A stretch of 64,000 nt of DNA from Eledone cirrhosa (Eukaryota): assembly GCA_964016885.1 (NCBI GenBank), contig OZ024741.1, positions 147,932,001-147,996,000 of the forward strand. The letters run 5' to 3'. Each line of letters opens with the position of its first letter. The stretch's first letter is position 1. This document shows, piece by piece, positions 1-13,401 of this stretch. Made by a program: the position numbers and the translations under genes. The notes beneath the pieces are model-generated. The model did not search any database. It was not told the DNA's origin and saw nothing but the letters and a program-made list of their open reading frames with translations.

Positions 1-1990
1 ACAATTGATGTGGCACTGATATCTCAATGAGAGGAAAGGGTTGTATGGAACAATCCAATGACTATCAACAGTAAATTCTTGACCTTTTAAGTTGGATTGT
101 ATGGGTGTGACCACCATGCTGTCTATCCCTTCTTCTATACTCCGGAAAGGAATTTTCGGCGACAAATGTGGTTTGTCTGAATGTCTTAGGATAACTTTAT
201 GAGCAATGGCGTTGTTGTCGTAGCCCTTCCATACATAAGCACATCATATTAGCTTGTGCACATGGGCCATGAATGTTGCAGGATGTGATGATCTTATTCA
301 GAATTGGATTGGTCACTTTATCAGGAATCTCACAGTACACTACCTGATCAATGGCATCTGCAGTTTTGGGCTTGCTATCTTCAGCCATTATCAGCAGAAT
401 GTGAGCATTAGTGAGGCCTCGTTTCTGATACTCTATTGTAACAGAATGAGCCACAACTTTTCCTAGGACATTCATTTTCAGTATGTCATCCATGAGGCTC
501 TCATGCTTGATCTTGAAGACTCTTGCACAAATATCGGGACGGGCCCTAGGTTCTTCACCAGGGTGCAAGCTATTTTTTATTTCATCCCAGTTAGGGTTAG
601 TTGTTACTGTGATGAAATAAGATGGCTTTTCCATGTGTCGAACCACAGTCATTGAATTCTGGAAGCACTCACTGTAGAAGCGAGGGATACCATAGATCGC
701 AGGAAGAAGAACAATTCTCTGGCCTGCATTTACTGAATCTCCTTCAACCACAGCATCATACAAACCCTTATACTTTTCAGCTCGTATCATGGTTTGATTG
801 TTGTGGGCCCATTTGAGAAGACAATGTCCTATTTTGTGGGCCCATTTGATGAGACAATGTTCTATTGCCTGGGCATCTACAGCATATTGCTACATCAGCC
901 GTCTGCTCTTCATGATAATGTTACAGTCACCTTACCTAACCTGAACCGATAACAGAAGAAATCAGTGGGAGTGGGTGTGTTGTCAATCCTTTTCAAACCA
1001 ACCTGAAATCCACCATTCTCCCAAGGAAACAGTAGCACATAATGCAGAGGATCATAAGAACGGTGAAACTGATGAATCCTCTAAAGACCTCTATTATGAA
1101 TGATGACAAGAAACCTAATGCTGTATCAGGTTGAATAACAGCAATCTCAGAAGCCATGGGAAGACTATATGTGCGACATTGTAAATCAATGGGTTTTACT
1201 TTGTCAGCATGTAGGACAATATTCACATTTTCGGAGACTGGCATTTCAATGGCTGCCTTAAAGCTTCTTATATATGGGTGTTGCAGTAGTGCAAGTCTTC
1301 TTGCAGCCCTTGCAGGACAGCAGCATCTAAATTAGCATGATGCAAGCGATTCTGAAGCTCATGATCCTTATCATAGAAGTAAAGCTGCGCAAACTTGGGT
1401 GAAGCATCACTTGGAAGTAGTGATCCAATAATATGACAAATCCTACCTTGGAACTTAAATGTGAGACTAAATCCTGGTGCTCTAATCTCTTTGCAACCAA
1501 TTGAAGGTAAGGCAAGCACATTGTTATATGCACGTATCTTATGGAGAAAAGAATTTGCTGCATGAGTGATATCGACATATTTCAATATATTTGGTGGAGG
1601 AGGAGTAAGTTGAGGGAGTTTCACTTTTCTCTGGAAGCAGCATAGAGATTTGGGTTCATGTGGTCAGCTATAAGCTTGGCAGTGCGGACAAACAGAGGCA
1701 AAGAGATTCCCTGCACTATGTTGTGGCATTATGCAAAGAACAGTTTGCTCTTGGAAAGGTTCATCTCTAGGATTCTTTGCCAGACCTTCAATGAATGTTT
1801 GGTGTATTTGTTGCAAATTGTTGTTGGTGTGTTAGCTGAACTATATTTGTAGAAATTTGTGGGGATCTTGTAGAGCGATTATTGTTTGATTGATTTGCCC
1901 TCGTCCCTCTTTGCCGTTGTGCGTCTGCTGCCATGCATTTGGATTTAGATGTGAAATATTTTCTGCGTCCCATGTTCATTTTCTGTCGTG
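1..1990 (-). mobile_element. Decayed Helitron Rep-Hel, 5' part (Zn-binding N-terminus plus Rep/HUH region); runs off the window's left end
   Basis: Frameshifted minus-strand ORFs contain IRAYNNVLAL, FQGRICHIIGSLLP...PKFAQLYFYD, GQRIVLLP, PSYFITVTTNPNWDEI, RPDICARVF and IEYQKRGLTNAHILL (HUH motif degraded from PHAH), all typical Helitron Rep blocks. Confidence 0.9.
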
Positions 1991-2199
1991 TATGTATAAA
2001 TACATGTTATCTCTACAGTGAAATCTTAGAAATAAATACGTGTTAAAATGAAAAAAGATAAATAAATATAAATAAAATAAAGCTGACACGGAGAAAAGAA
2101 ATCTTTGAAATAAATGTATGTTTGAAATTCATGAGAGACGGGAAATATAAACGTTATGAAAGAACGATGGAAATATATGAACGTTTATATATATATAAT

Positions 2200-2385
2200 T
2201 GTTTCTACGTTTGGCACAAGGCCAGCAATTATCCCAGTGTTTGACTGGTACTTTATTTTATCGACCCCGTAAGGATGAAAGGCAAAGTTAACCTCGGTGG
2301 GATTTGAACTCAAACCATAAAGCGACGTAACTCTTTGCTGCAAAGCACAGCATGCCATCTGACCCTCTACCGATACTGCCAAGCT
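2200..2385 (-). mobile_element. tRNA-derived SINE
   Basis: Reverse complement contains a B-box (GAGTTCAAATCCC) and the body ...ACTTTGCCTTTCATCCTTACGGGGTCGATAAAATAAAGTACCAG; homologous copies at 6590, 15062, 32572, 33735, 47110 and 61410. Confidence 0.8.
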
Positions 2386-2708
2386 AGGTTTATATAAATA
2401 ATGGTATATAATCGATGTGATAATGGTATATAATCGATGTATAGCTATAAAGATATAGCATACCTATTACCACTTTAAAATATGTTAATACATGTCTGTA
2501 AGTGTATATTTTTGTGTGTCTGTTTTTGCGTGATTATATTTATATATAAATCGTACATATAAATGTATGATCGTCTGCTATCTCATACATCGTCTGCTAT
2601 CTCATAGAGAGAGAGTAGTATGGGGTAATCATAACAACAGTGGTAGCAGCTCAACGCGCGGCTGAAACGTATGAAAACAAAAGTTCTAGCATGTATATAT
2701 ATATATAT

Positions 2709-3355
2709 ATAATTGAACCGACAAGAGAGATAAACACAAATATAAACATACATGTGTTCGAATTGTAAAGGACCAGGTTTGCTAGGGTGAAAAAACACTA
2801 ACTCTAACAATATGGTTTGCCAGACTTAATTTAAAGTAGTAAATCAAGAAAAAGAATAACAAACCTATATTTGGCAACTGCCTGAAAACACCTAGACAGT
2901 TATAGAAACTGTTCGTAAAATTATATTAAGTGAAGGCATCACCAACTCTCTGCTCATCAGTAGGTGTAAAAATTAGCGATCCTTCCACTTCTAAAAATCT
3001 TAGAAGACTGAATCGTGTGCGATATGAAATAATGCACATGTCTTCGGAGCCTAGCTTGTCTCGAAAACCTATGCCGCTAAAAATAGCAGCCTGATTAACA
3101 CGACATTAAAATTAGCTCAACATGATGGAGCCGACAATCATATACTGAGTTAGAAACTCAAAATAGTCTCTTACAATTAATTAGCTCTAAGAAAGAAGTT
3201 TTTCTGAGCCGTGTAGTATAATTGAACATACAAGAGAGATAAACACAAATATAAACATACATGTGTTCGAATTGTAAAGGACCAGGTATGCTAGGGTGAA
3301 AAAATACCAACTCTAACAATATGGTTTGCCAGACTTAATTTAAAGTAGTAAATCA
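2709..3355 (+). repeat. ~135-bp direct repeat pair (about 2709-2846 and 3218-3355)
   Basis: TAATTGAAC..ACAAGAGAGATAAACACAAATATAAACATACATGTGTTCGAATTGTAAAGGACCAGG...AAAGTAGTAAATCAA occurs twice with few mismatches. Confidence 0.85.
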
Positions 3356-3381
3356 AAGTAGTAAACTAAAGTAGTAAATCA

Positions 3382-3425
3382 CATGTCTATGTGTTCTATC
3401 AAGGTTGATAGAACACATAGACATG
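3382..3425. repeat. Perfect 21-bp inverted repeat with 2-nt spacer
   Basis: CATGTCTATGTGTTCTATCAA-GG-TTGATAGAACACATAGACATG. Confidence 0.95.
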
Positions 3426-3728
3426 GACCCGGATACTGGAAGATAAAACGCGTAAGGCCTACAGTAAACGGATTAGCACTTTAGTTAACTCCAGTTGACG
3501 GGGGCCATCGTCAACATGTGGTTGAGATCTCTCAAGAGAGTAATTAGAATAGAATCGATCCTGTCTTCAGAGGCTGTATGTATCCTACACACTTCCCTAT
3601 AGTTTCTTAGCTTTACTCTCTCCGTCGCTCTTCCTTCTCTCTATAATAGATCATTCCCCCTCTCTATAATTTAACTGTTTTACTCTCTCTGTCGCTCTTC
3701 ACTCTCTAATATTATAAAGCTGAGCGTC

Positions 3729-3785
<57 letters not shown>

Positions 3786-3889
3786 TTTCACCCTCTCTAT
3801 AATTTAACTGCTTTACTCTCTGTCTCTCTTCACTCTCTATATGACAACACACTTTTACTTTCTGTATCTACCTTCAATATATCAATATA

Positions 3890-4180
3890 TACCCAGGTGC
3901 TGCTGCACGTCGGGCTGAGGGGGCCAAACTCCTCAAATACCGGTCGCTCTCCGATAGGTTTGCGGTCGTATCCCTGGCAGTGGAGACTTCTGGTGTCCTC
4001 GACCCCAGGGCTACCTCCTTACTCACCACCGTAGGCGCTGAGCTGGCCAGCCGCAGGTGTGAGCCCCGCGAGTTGGAGTGACTTTTCCAGCGCGTCTCCC
4101 TTGCCGTCCTCCGGAGAAACACCTTCTCCATTCTGTCCGCCGGCACTGTGGGTAGACCCCATCGCGTACCGTTGTAGTTG
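3890..4180 (+). mobile_element. 3' end fragment of a CRE-like (RLE-type) non-LTR retrotransposon
   Basis: Plus-strand translation PGAAARRAEGAKLLKYRSL..FAVVSLAVETSGVL..EPRELE*LFQRVSLAVLRRN resembles the C-terminal restriction-like endonuclease tail. Confidence 0.7.
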
Positions 4181-4556
4181 TTGTATAGAGATATTAACTC
4201 ATCAATCCCATTATTTATATCATATATCAACATAGAGATGAGCGTTGTATGTATGTTTATTTAAAAAGGATAACCTCCTTCAAATTCGGTCAACACACAA
4301 GCAGGTAATACATACATCAAAAGACATCTCTTAGAGAGACAGAGAGTGAAAGAGACAGATTAGGAAAACTACACACACACATCTAAAGAGAGAGAGAGGG
4401 AAAGAGAAACAGTGGGACGGGCAAGCAGGTAATACATACATCTAAAATCATTTGGATACAAATATCATAATATAATGGTTGCAGAAAGAAAATACAGACA
4501 AATATAATAATGTGTGTATCCCACACACACTTTTTCTGTCGTCGCTCGCATAAGTA

Positions 4557-4668
4557 ACACACACACACACACACACATACACACACACACACACACAAAT
4601 AGACATACTTTCACACCTGATTTCGCCAATTGCCGGATAACATCAAAACAAAACACACACAGACACAC

Positions 4669-4747
<79 letters not shown>

Positions 4748-4752
4748 TACTT

Positions 4753-4784
<32 letters not shown>

Positions 4785-4810
4785 TGTATGTATGTATGTA
4801 TGTATGTATG
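4557..4810. repeat. (CA)n and (TATG)n microsatellites
   Basis: Directly visible. Confidence 0.95.
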
Positions 4811-6490
4811 CATGAAAGTCAATCTGGTTTTCGTGCTGGACGCGGCACTACTGATATGATCTTCTCAGCTAGACAGGCTCCAGAAGTGCATGGAACAAGG
4901 CTTGGATCTGTATCAGGTTTTTGTCGATCTGACAAAAGCTTTCGATACTGTTAACAGAGATGCATTATGGAAGGTTCTCCAGAAACTTGGTTGCCCTGAT
5001 AAGTTCCTTGCTTTAGTTAGGTCTTTCCATGACGACATGAAGGCTTGGATTAATGTCGGAGGTAACATGTCGGAGCCTATCTCGGTAAAAAATGGAGTGA
5101 AACAGGGGGATATTCCAGCACCGACCCTGTTTGCCATATACTTTGCAATGGTTTTTTGTATTGCATTCAAGAATTGCGAGCATGGTGTTTACATCCGATA
5201 TCGAACCTCAGGCAGCATATTTAACATCAGGCGCTTTGCTGCAAAGACAAAAGTATTTACATCAATCATAAGAGACCTCTTGTATGCAGATTATTGCGAT
5301 CTTGTAGCGCACACAGAGAGTGATATGCAGCACATTTTGAATGCATTTTCTGACGCTTGCACTGCCCTAGGATTGACTGTCAGTCTCAAGAAAACCGTCG
5401 TCATATACCAACCTGCCCCTGGTAAGCAGTACACTGAACCAAATATCTATGTGTATGGCAAACGACTTGGAGTGGTTGATCAGTTTGTCTACCTGGGAAG
5501 CACTGTCAATCGATACAGCAACCTTGACAGTGAAATCTCACTTAGGATTAGGAAAGCAAGTGATGCTTTCGGAAAGCTAGAAAGGCGACTCTGGGGTCGG
5601 CGAGACATATGCAGGAGGACAAAGGTAAAGGTGTACAGGGCATGTGTGCTCTCTTGTCTTCTTTATGCCTGCGAGATCTGGGTCACATATCGACACCACC
5701 TTAAGCAATTGGAGCGTTTCCATCAGATGTGTCTCAGACGGATCCATGGCGTTCACTGGAGGGACCACATCAGTGTTGTCGAGATTTTGGAAAGCTCTAT
5801 GTGTGACAGTATAGAAGCTCTTGTGCTTAAGCAACGACTCCGTTGGAGTGGTCACCTTGCCAGGATGAAGGATTCTAGAATACCAAAACAACTCTTTTAT
5901 GGAGAGTTGGTTAAAGGAAAACGACCGCCACATAAACCAAAAAAGAGGTATAAGGATTCCCTGAAAGCCTCTCTGAAAGACGCTAACATCTCTGCTGATA
6001 CATGGGAAAATATTGTTGCTGATCGTAATAAATGGAGAAAGACTGTATATGAGGGAAAAGTTGCCTTTGAGGCATCTCGAATCACATACGAGAAAGTAAA
6101 GCAGGATGTGAGGAAGGGCATTGCTGTTGCACTTCCAGACGGCGAGGGTCCTCCTATGGTGCTGACATGCAGCGTCTGTGCGAGACTCAGCCTAAGCAAA
6201 GCTGGACTCGAAAGTCATCTTCGCAGTCATAAAGTAAGACCAGTGGTTGACTACCAGGCTGCTGTTGGAGATGCTACTCATCATGCTTGCCAAACATGTG
6301 GTAGAGAATGTAAATCAGCAGGAGGGCTCAAGCGACATGCAAAAGTACATGAACTCCAACCACAGCCGACTATTCCCAGTGAATGTTTTGGTTGCCGACT
6401 CTGTGCAAGACATTTTAGATCATTGGCTGGGCTAAAAAGCCACATTCGATCGCAGCGCTGTTAGTTGCTATCGTGTGTGTGTGTGTGTGT
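4811..6490 (+). mobile_element. 5'-truncated RTE-clade LINE (RT, C-terminal region, three C2H2-type fingers)
   Basis: [17 protein letters not shown], then a frameshift into the 524-aa ORF 4890-6464: FVDLTKAFDTVNR, GVKQGD, LLYADY (YADD mutated), FVYLGS, RLRWSGHLARM, and three CxxC..H motifs; ends in a (TG)n tail. Confidence 0.92.
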
Positions 6491-6589
6491 ATAGATATGT
6501 TTATGTGGTGCGTGTATGTGTATATATATATGTATATTATTATTATTGTTGTTATTATTATTATTGAAGCATAGAGTTACCTCCCTGTA

Positions 6590-6710
6590 TGATCTGAGTT
6601 CAAATCCCGCCGAGGTTAACTTTGCCTTTCATCCTTCCGGGGTCGATAGAATAAAGTACCAGTAATGCACTGGGTAATTGGTGGCCTTGTGCCAAAAGTA
6701 GAAACAATTA
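6590..6710 (+). mobile_element. tRNA-derived SINE fragment
   Basis: GAGTTCAAATCCCGCCGAGGTTAACTTTGCCTTTCATCC...GGCCTTGTGCCAAAAGTAGAAACAATTA. Confidence 0.8.
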
Positions 6711-6767
6711 TTATTATTATTGTTATTAATGTATATGTGTGTGTGTATATATGTGTGTGTGTATATA

Positions 6768-6836
<69 letters not shown>

Positions 6837-6940
6837 TTTTTTTATTTTTATTTTATTTTATTTTTTTTTTTTCTCCTCCTCGTGCAATGGCCATACTCGA
6901 TAACGAGGGGGCAGCCATCATCATGTATGCATGTATGTAA

Positions 6941-7520
6941 GATCATTCCCCTTCTCCATAATTTAACTGCTTTACTCTCTTTGTCGCTCTTCACTCTCAA
7001 ATATTATAAAGCTGAGCGTCGTCTCTCTCCCTCTCTCTCCATCTTTTACTCTCTCCGTCGCTCTTGCCTCTCTCTATAATAGATCATTCCCGCTCTCTAT
7101 AATTTAACTGCTTTACTCTCTCCGTCGCTCTTCACTCTCAAATATGATAAAGCTGAGCATCGTCTCTCTCTCTCCCTCTTTTACTCTCTCCGTCGCTCTT
7201 CCCTCTCTCTATAATAGATCATTCCCCCTCTCTATAATTTAACTGCTTTATTCTCTCTGTCGCTCTTCACTCTCAAATAGTATAAAGCTGAGCGTTGTCT
7301 CTCTCTCTCTCTCTCTCTCCCTCTTTTACTCTCTCCATCGCTCTTCCCTCTCTCTATAATAGACCATTCCCCCTCTCTATAATTTAACTGCTTTACTCTC
7401 CCTGTCGCTCTTCACTCTCAAATATTAAAAAGCTGAGCGTCTTCTCTCTCTCTCTCTCCCTCTTTCACCCTCTCTATAATGTAACTGCTTTACTCTCTGT
7501 CTCTCTTCACTCTATATGAC
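6941..7520 (+). repeat. ~135-140-bp CT-rich tandem repeat (about 4 units; related copies at ~3610-3850 and ~7738-7810)
   Basis: Unit GATCATTCCCCCTCTCTATAATTTAACTGCTTTACTCTC...GTCGCTCTTCACTCTCAAATATTATAAAGCTGAGCG(CT)n is repeated. Confidence 0.85.
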
Positions 7521-7889
7521 AACACTCTTTAACTTCCGTAGCGTCGTATGTATATGTTTATTTCGCCAATTGCCGGATAACATCAAAACAAAACACATAC
7601 ACACACATGCACAAACACAAATACAGATACACAAACACACACACACACATATCTATACTTTATATGTATGTGTGTATGTGTGTATGTATGTATGTATGTA
7701 TGTATGTATGTATGTATATATGTATGTATGTATGTAAGATCATTACCCCTCTCTATAATTTAACTGCTTTATTCTCTCTGTCGTTCTTCACTCTCTATAT
7801 GACAACACTGTTTTAGTTTCCGTATCTCCCTTCACATAGAGAGAGAACGAGAGAGATAGAGTGAGTGAGAGAGAGAGAGGAGAGAGAGA

Positions 7890-8089
7890 NNNNNNNNNNN
7901 NNNNNNNNNNNNNNNNNNNNNNNNNNNNNNNNNNNNNNNNNNNNNNNNNNNNNNNNNNNNNNNNNNNNNNNNNNNNNNNNNNNNNNNNNNNNNNNNNNNN
8001 NNNNNNNNNNNNNNNNNNNNNNNNNNNNNNNNNNNNNNNNNNNNNNNNNNNNNNNNNNNNNNNNNNNNNNNNNNNNNNNNNNNNNNNNN
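7890..8089. other. Assembly gap (200 N) inside a (GA)n tract
   Basis: Run of N. Confidence 1.
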
Positions 8090-8137
8090 AGAGAGATAGG
8101 CCGTGAGACAAAGAGAGATACAATTAAAGTGTTAGTT

Positions 8138-8202
<65 letters not shown>

Positions 8203-8259
8203 GAGAGTCGGAAGGACAATGTGACACAGGGGGTGTATCTTTGCAGTGGGGGCAGGTAT

Positions 8260-8293
8260 ACCTAGCCGGGCGCCAGCCGGACGAGCCAGCTAG
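8260..8293 (+). mobile_element. Helitron-type 3' terminus (GC hairpin plus CTAG|T)
   Basis: CCGGGCGCCAGCCGG hairpin, short spacer, CTAG at 8290-8293 followed by T. Confidence 0.65.
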
Positions 8294-8624
8294 TATATAT
8301 ATATATTTATTAAAATAACAGATTAAAGTTTAAGCAAAGAATCGCTGCTTTCACCCTCAACGGGATCTTCTGAAACTAAAAAAAATCAATCTGTGAACGC
8401 AGAAATAGATATTTCGAAAAACGATGCAACCGAAGGAAAACAGGAAGACGATACTTTGGTTCGTGAAGACGTTCCCTGGCAATGAACGGAAAAAAACGAA
8501 GAGAATACGTCGTTATGTGGATCGATGAGAACAATTACACGCAAAGACAAAACTACGTTTATGGTATAATATTCTATTTAGGAAACCGAGTGATTCTCGG
8601 CTTCGGAGTTAATAATAATTTAAA

Positions 8625-8983
8625 CTAGCTGACGTACCCAGCTTCGCCCGGGTAAACAGATGATAAGAGAAGACAGGTAAAAGAGAAAATGACTGTATTG
8701 GATGTTTGTCTGGTTACAGTATGAGGCGAGTCCGTGGAGTCTGTGTGATTCAAAAAAACAGTAAAAAAATCTTCCAGATATACCAGATTCTTCGTTGTAC
8801 CGTTTGTGCATAGTATATGAACAATTCTAGGTGCTCCCACCTAAAATAGTGACCTCTAGGAGATGGTTCATCTTCTGCCTGACTGTAAAACGTGTATCAT
8901 TGCATAGACGTGGTTGTTCCACGTTTCTCAAAAGGATGATGAAAGTTCCAATCTTTTATATTATATGTAGATATAGATATAGA
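8625..8983 (-). mobile_element. Short non-autonomous Helitron (about 359 bp), or the 3' end of the adjacent Rep-Hel element
   Basis: Minus strand reads A|TCTATATCTATATCTAC...ACCCGGGCGAAGCTGGGT-ACGTCAG-CTAG|T: 5' TC, 3' hairpin plus CTAG, AT target. Confidence 0.7.
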
Positions 8984-9487
8984 TAATTAATATAAAAGAT
9001 GTCCGTCAATGTAAAAAGGGTCCCTATTTACTTGAAATATAGTTTATACAAATGCCAAATTAATATGGATATGGACAACATGCTTATCTATAAGTGGTCA
9101 GCTATAATAATAAAACAACAAATTATATGACACAAAAATTTATTCAGTAATTTCCAGGCTCTTAGCCACTGAGTAATAGACAGTCAATGTTGCCCAGAGT
9201 TCAACTCGGGGAGGTGGCCTGGTTTGAATTCCAAATGGTGGATCCTTCTACTTCGAAAATAAAATCGTTTTTCAATATTACTCTAGCCCTGGGCGGCCAT
9301 AGGATCGAACATTGTTGCCAGACTCAGCATATGATGAGGTTTTATTACCACCACAATCAGAAGCGATAAATTTGAAGGCAATTTCTACCAATACTTGTTG
9401 GTTTTTATTGCTCATTATCGAAAATAAATGACATTGAACAGAAATGATAACTTTGTCAAAGCTCACAATACTGATCAAAGGACAAGA

Positions 9488-12400
9488 TCAAAGGACAAGA
9501 TCTTCACTTGGTCTTAGCATGATCCTCGGAATGAGAACCGATTCCTCTCTGCCTGGGAGTTTAGCTTCTAAAACTCTTCCGTTAATCAATCTCTCAACAA
9601 TCAATCTGGTACCATTGCAAAGACCCATTTTATGATTGATATTTCTAAGCAATATAATCGGCATACCCTTTTTCAACCTCAAAATATGTGAGGGAAATCC
9701 GGGTATTTGAAGTGAATTCAGATACTCAGTCGGAACATCTATATTGTTCTGCTGATTAGGCTCCATTGCATCCGCACTGACGGTCCACCATTCCTCTCCA
9801 GGAAATATTCCGGCTATTTGTGAATTTATTTCATCGACCGTTTCATTCGTATGAGTTAGAATAACGCGTTCCGATATCCAGGAGATATTCTGCCAAAAAG
9901 CATTCAAATTAGAGAACACAGAGTCAATCAATGCTTGGCGGTCCAGTGGCATGACCAAATGGTCTGGGATTCTTACAGTCTGATTATCACCAACGTGTGG
10001 CAATTCATCGTTTCCCAACTGCATCAACCATCGGCCGTATGTCTCAGCCTCTTCGTTTTTCCCGAACATACGAAGTCGCATATTATCGTGTAATCGCAAA
10101 ACTCTGAAATGGCGCCACAACGGGGACTTTTTAAGACATGCATTGACAATTTGCGCTCTTTGAGCATTCCTAACAATTGGTAGCACCTGTCTGAAATCGC
10201 CACCAAGAACGATAGTCTTACCACCGAATGGCAGGTCACTACTGCAGATATCTCTCAAAGTTCTGTCCAATGCCTCCAGCAAATATCTGTGTGCCATTAG
10301 AGCCTCGTCCCAAATAATCAGAGACGTATTGCATATAAGGCCCGCGAGTTCACTTTGTCCTGTAATGTTACAGACACTCAACTCATCCGGAGCCAATGGA
10401 GCCTTGAAGCAATATTGAGCAAAACAATAGCTTTCATCAAATTTTCATCATCGACCTGAAGATGCCTAAAATCATCAGCCATAATTCCCCAATGGCGTTC
10501 AAATAACTCTCTTGGATCAGCAGGATTGCAGACTCCTAAAATCGTGACAAACAACTGCCTTATTTGAGCTGGCATCTGTATTCCTGCAGCTTCCATGGCG
10601 TTATTCCATTCAGCGTCATCCTGAAAGAGTCCCAGATGCTGACACACAGCCTGGTATGTTTCATATTCCACGCCATTGGTTGTTTTCAAATCAGCGAAGC
10701 TCTGTTTACCTCTCGAAAAATCATTATGCAACAGAATTCGGAGATAACACACATCACCAGATGCGGGATGAACATTACAAACCCGTCCAATAGTCATGAA
10801 TCTCAACTTTTGTTTACTATCTTCCATTTCTTTCCTTTCTTATCCCACGTATAGCGCGAAGGGAAATCGCAGTAGAGTTGCCTTTGATCCAGGTTCAAAG
10901 CATGTTCCCTATTATGCTTGAACCACTCAGTAAATTCCGTCTTAGAAGGTGGTGCGTTAGCAATTCTTTCGACATCTTCTAGTGTCCTGAAAACAGACCA
11001 TTTGCCTATTCTCTAAGTGAACCGTCAGTTTCTGAACGCTGGGTTTGCATTCATTGAGATCAAAATCGGACAATCTCCAGCAAACTTCGCTAGATCCAAT
11101 CGAGCGAACATCCTGGAACCTGCCAACTTCATCTCCTTGGTTCGCCTCCTCATTCCTGACATTGATCATTGCCCGATCATGGCCTTTGTAAACATATTTG
11201 AATAGATATTTGCAAGCTTTCACTGAGCTACAAATTTCCACATTAATATGACAACGATATTTCATAATCAAATATGGATTGTATGGCACAACCCATTGAT
11301 TTGTAACCTGTCGACCGTTTACATTTTCGACCAAACCGCCATCGGCAGGCGACCGTCTTCTGTATGAGGGATGAGCATCCCCATCGTTCCAGGAAGTGTT
11401 CGTGACAAAAGATTTCGGAAAGTGCTTACTGCATTGGCCATTTTTTCATACAATGCGCTTTCCGATTTGCCACTCCGCATTGGTTGTGCACCATTGACTT
11501 TGCCACTAAGTTGCGTAGTGCCTCATTCTCCGGCAGATCAGCACACACAACGCTGTCGACATCCTCAGTCCATCTCAATTTGCAATCTCTATGTAAAATG
11601 ATCAGCAAATGTGCATGTGGCAATCCCCTTTTTTGGAATTCAATTACATACGTAAAAGCAACTATAGATCCAAAGATTCCCCCTTTTTCCACATCATCCA
11701 TTATCTTTTTCAGATATCCTTTGAATCTCTTGCCACAATATTAGGACGGACCTTTGGCTGTTGTCCTGCCAAAAGTGCATCCTTAGTATCAGTCCATTCA
11801 GGATTGCCAGTAACCGTTATAAACAAATCTGGCTTTCCAAACTTTCTGACAATAGCCATTGCATCCTGATAGCGAATGTTCATATATCTCGGGCCGCCGA
11901 TGAACGACGATGGCAAAATGATGCGTCGACCAATTTGTTTGTAATTGGCATCATCGGCCGTTATCGCATCTTGTATATTATTATACAATTCAGCTCTGAT
12001 ATGTTGCTGATGTGTAGCTATATAATTTAGCCTTTGATTTTTTATCTTTGTGAATGCCATACAACAGTATTCCTGGAACAATCTGCTGGCTTGAAATAGC
12101 GCATTTCTCTGTTGATTCCTCTCGTTCAAATGGAACGCGTAAAAGTCGCGAATCGAATTATTGTGTCTATTGCCGCCTCCCTGTTGATGCTGATTCTCAT
12201 GATCATCTTTTGGGAATAAAAGAACATAATGCAATGGATCGTATGCCCTATTTGACTCATTGATAGTCTTGAGACCACTATCTCTGCGATTGAGGACGAT
12301 ATCTCTCGATCGAGGCTTATCGTCCATCAACACAGCAACTTCACGAAATCCTTCAGGGGCATTATATCACTGTTCGTGTTGATTTCTTGGCACTGCGTCT

Positions 12401-13401
12401 GCCTTAATCACCAATGTTTGCTGCTGAACATTTTGCAGTTCAGCCACCAACATGAAATCCATAACATAAGGATTACACTGTCTAAGCCATGATTGCAAAT
12501 CACGGATCAAATCACTTAACATTTGCCGTTCAATTTCAGTTATATTTCCCGGCAATTTCATCCAACCGATCCTGATATCCTCCTCCGATTCACTATAATC
12601 TGGATCGTTAACGTAAATTTGAGCGAATCGAGGCCTCTCTCCTGGAGTAACTTCTAAATTACCGATACAATGATACAAACGGCCTTGAATGACTACATTC
12701 GGTTGCAATGTTCCACTCTCAAACATCTCACTAACTCTCTGCGATGCTAAAGCTAATGAATTGTTAATTTGCCGCGAATATTTGCGCAGTAAACTACCTC
12801 GGTCTCCTTGATCACCCCACATACTTAGTATTTTAAACTCCGGTGACTCCTCATCATCCGGCATTCGCAAGGGTTCTAGTTGAACTGCTCCTTTATGACA
12901 GCACATTGAGGTCCACGTCTTTTCGTACCTCCAAAGCAATGCTCCACAATGTGGACACTCTGCTCGTACACCAATCTGAAAATGACACGGTTGCCATGAT
13001 CCATTTTTAATATCCCCCGTTCGCCTTCTAGCCTCTTTACTGGAATGAGGAGCACTTTGGCGACACATTCTCTGGACTTCTGTATTGCGCTGGCGCTGTT
13101 CAGCCAGCTCCTCTTCATCCATCGCAGCAGGCCATTGATGCTGAATTCCGGCCATCTGCTGATGATGCTCAGCCAGTTCGTCTTCAACCATTGCAGCACG
13201 CCGTCGCTGCTTGACTCCAGTGTTTCGTTGGCGTTGTTCAGCCAGCTCCTCTTCATTCATGGCGGCACGTCTTCGCCTCTGAAGTTCGGCGTTCTGAAGT
13301 TCAGCCCGTTTTTCTTCATTCCTGGCTGCACGCTGTCGCCGCTGTAGTTCACTGTTTGATAAATTCGAATTGCTTTTATTATCAGTATTCATTTCGAGCA
13401 A
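9488..13401 (-). mobile_element. Decayed autonomous-type Helitron Rep-Hel (repeat-rich N-terminus, Zn finger, Rep HUH, partial Pif1 helicase)
   Basis: CPHCGALLW..CCHKG, YDPLHYVLLFP, GRRIILPSSFIGGPR, KPDLFITVT, EFQKRGLPHAH, VVPYNPYL, HINVEIC, KYLFKYVYKG, IIWDEA, GGDFRQVLP, LRNINHKMGLCNGTRL; several stops and frameshifts. Confidence 0.95.

Noticed and set aside
4383-4954. ORFs of poly-CV, poly-HT, YVCM and poly-YI/ER type here and elsewhere
   Set aside because: Translations of microsatellites.
8341-8377. Second hammerhead-like string on the minus strand (CAGAAGA-T-CCC..GGG-T-GAAA)
   Set aside because: The core is mutated and no convincing stems I/III are visible.
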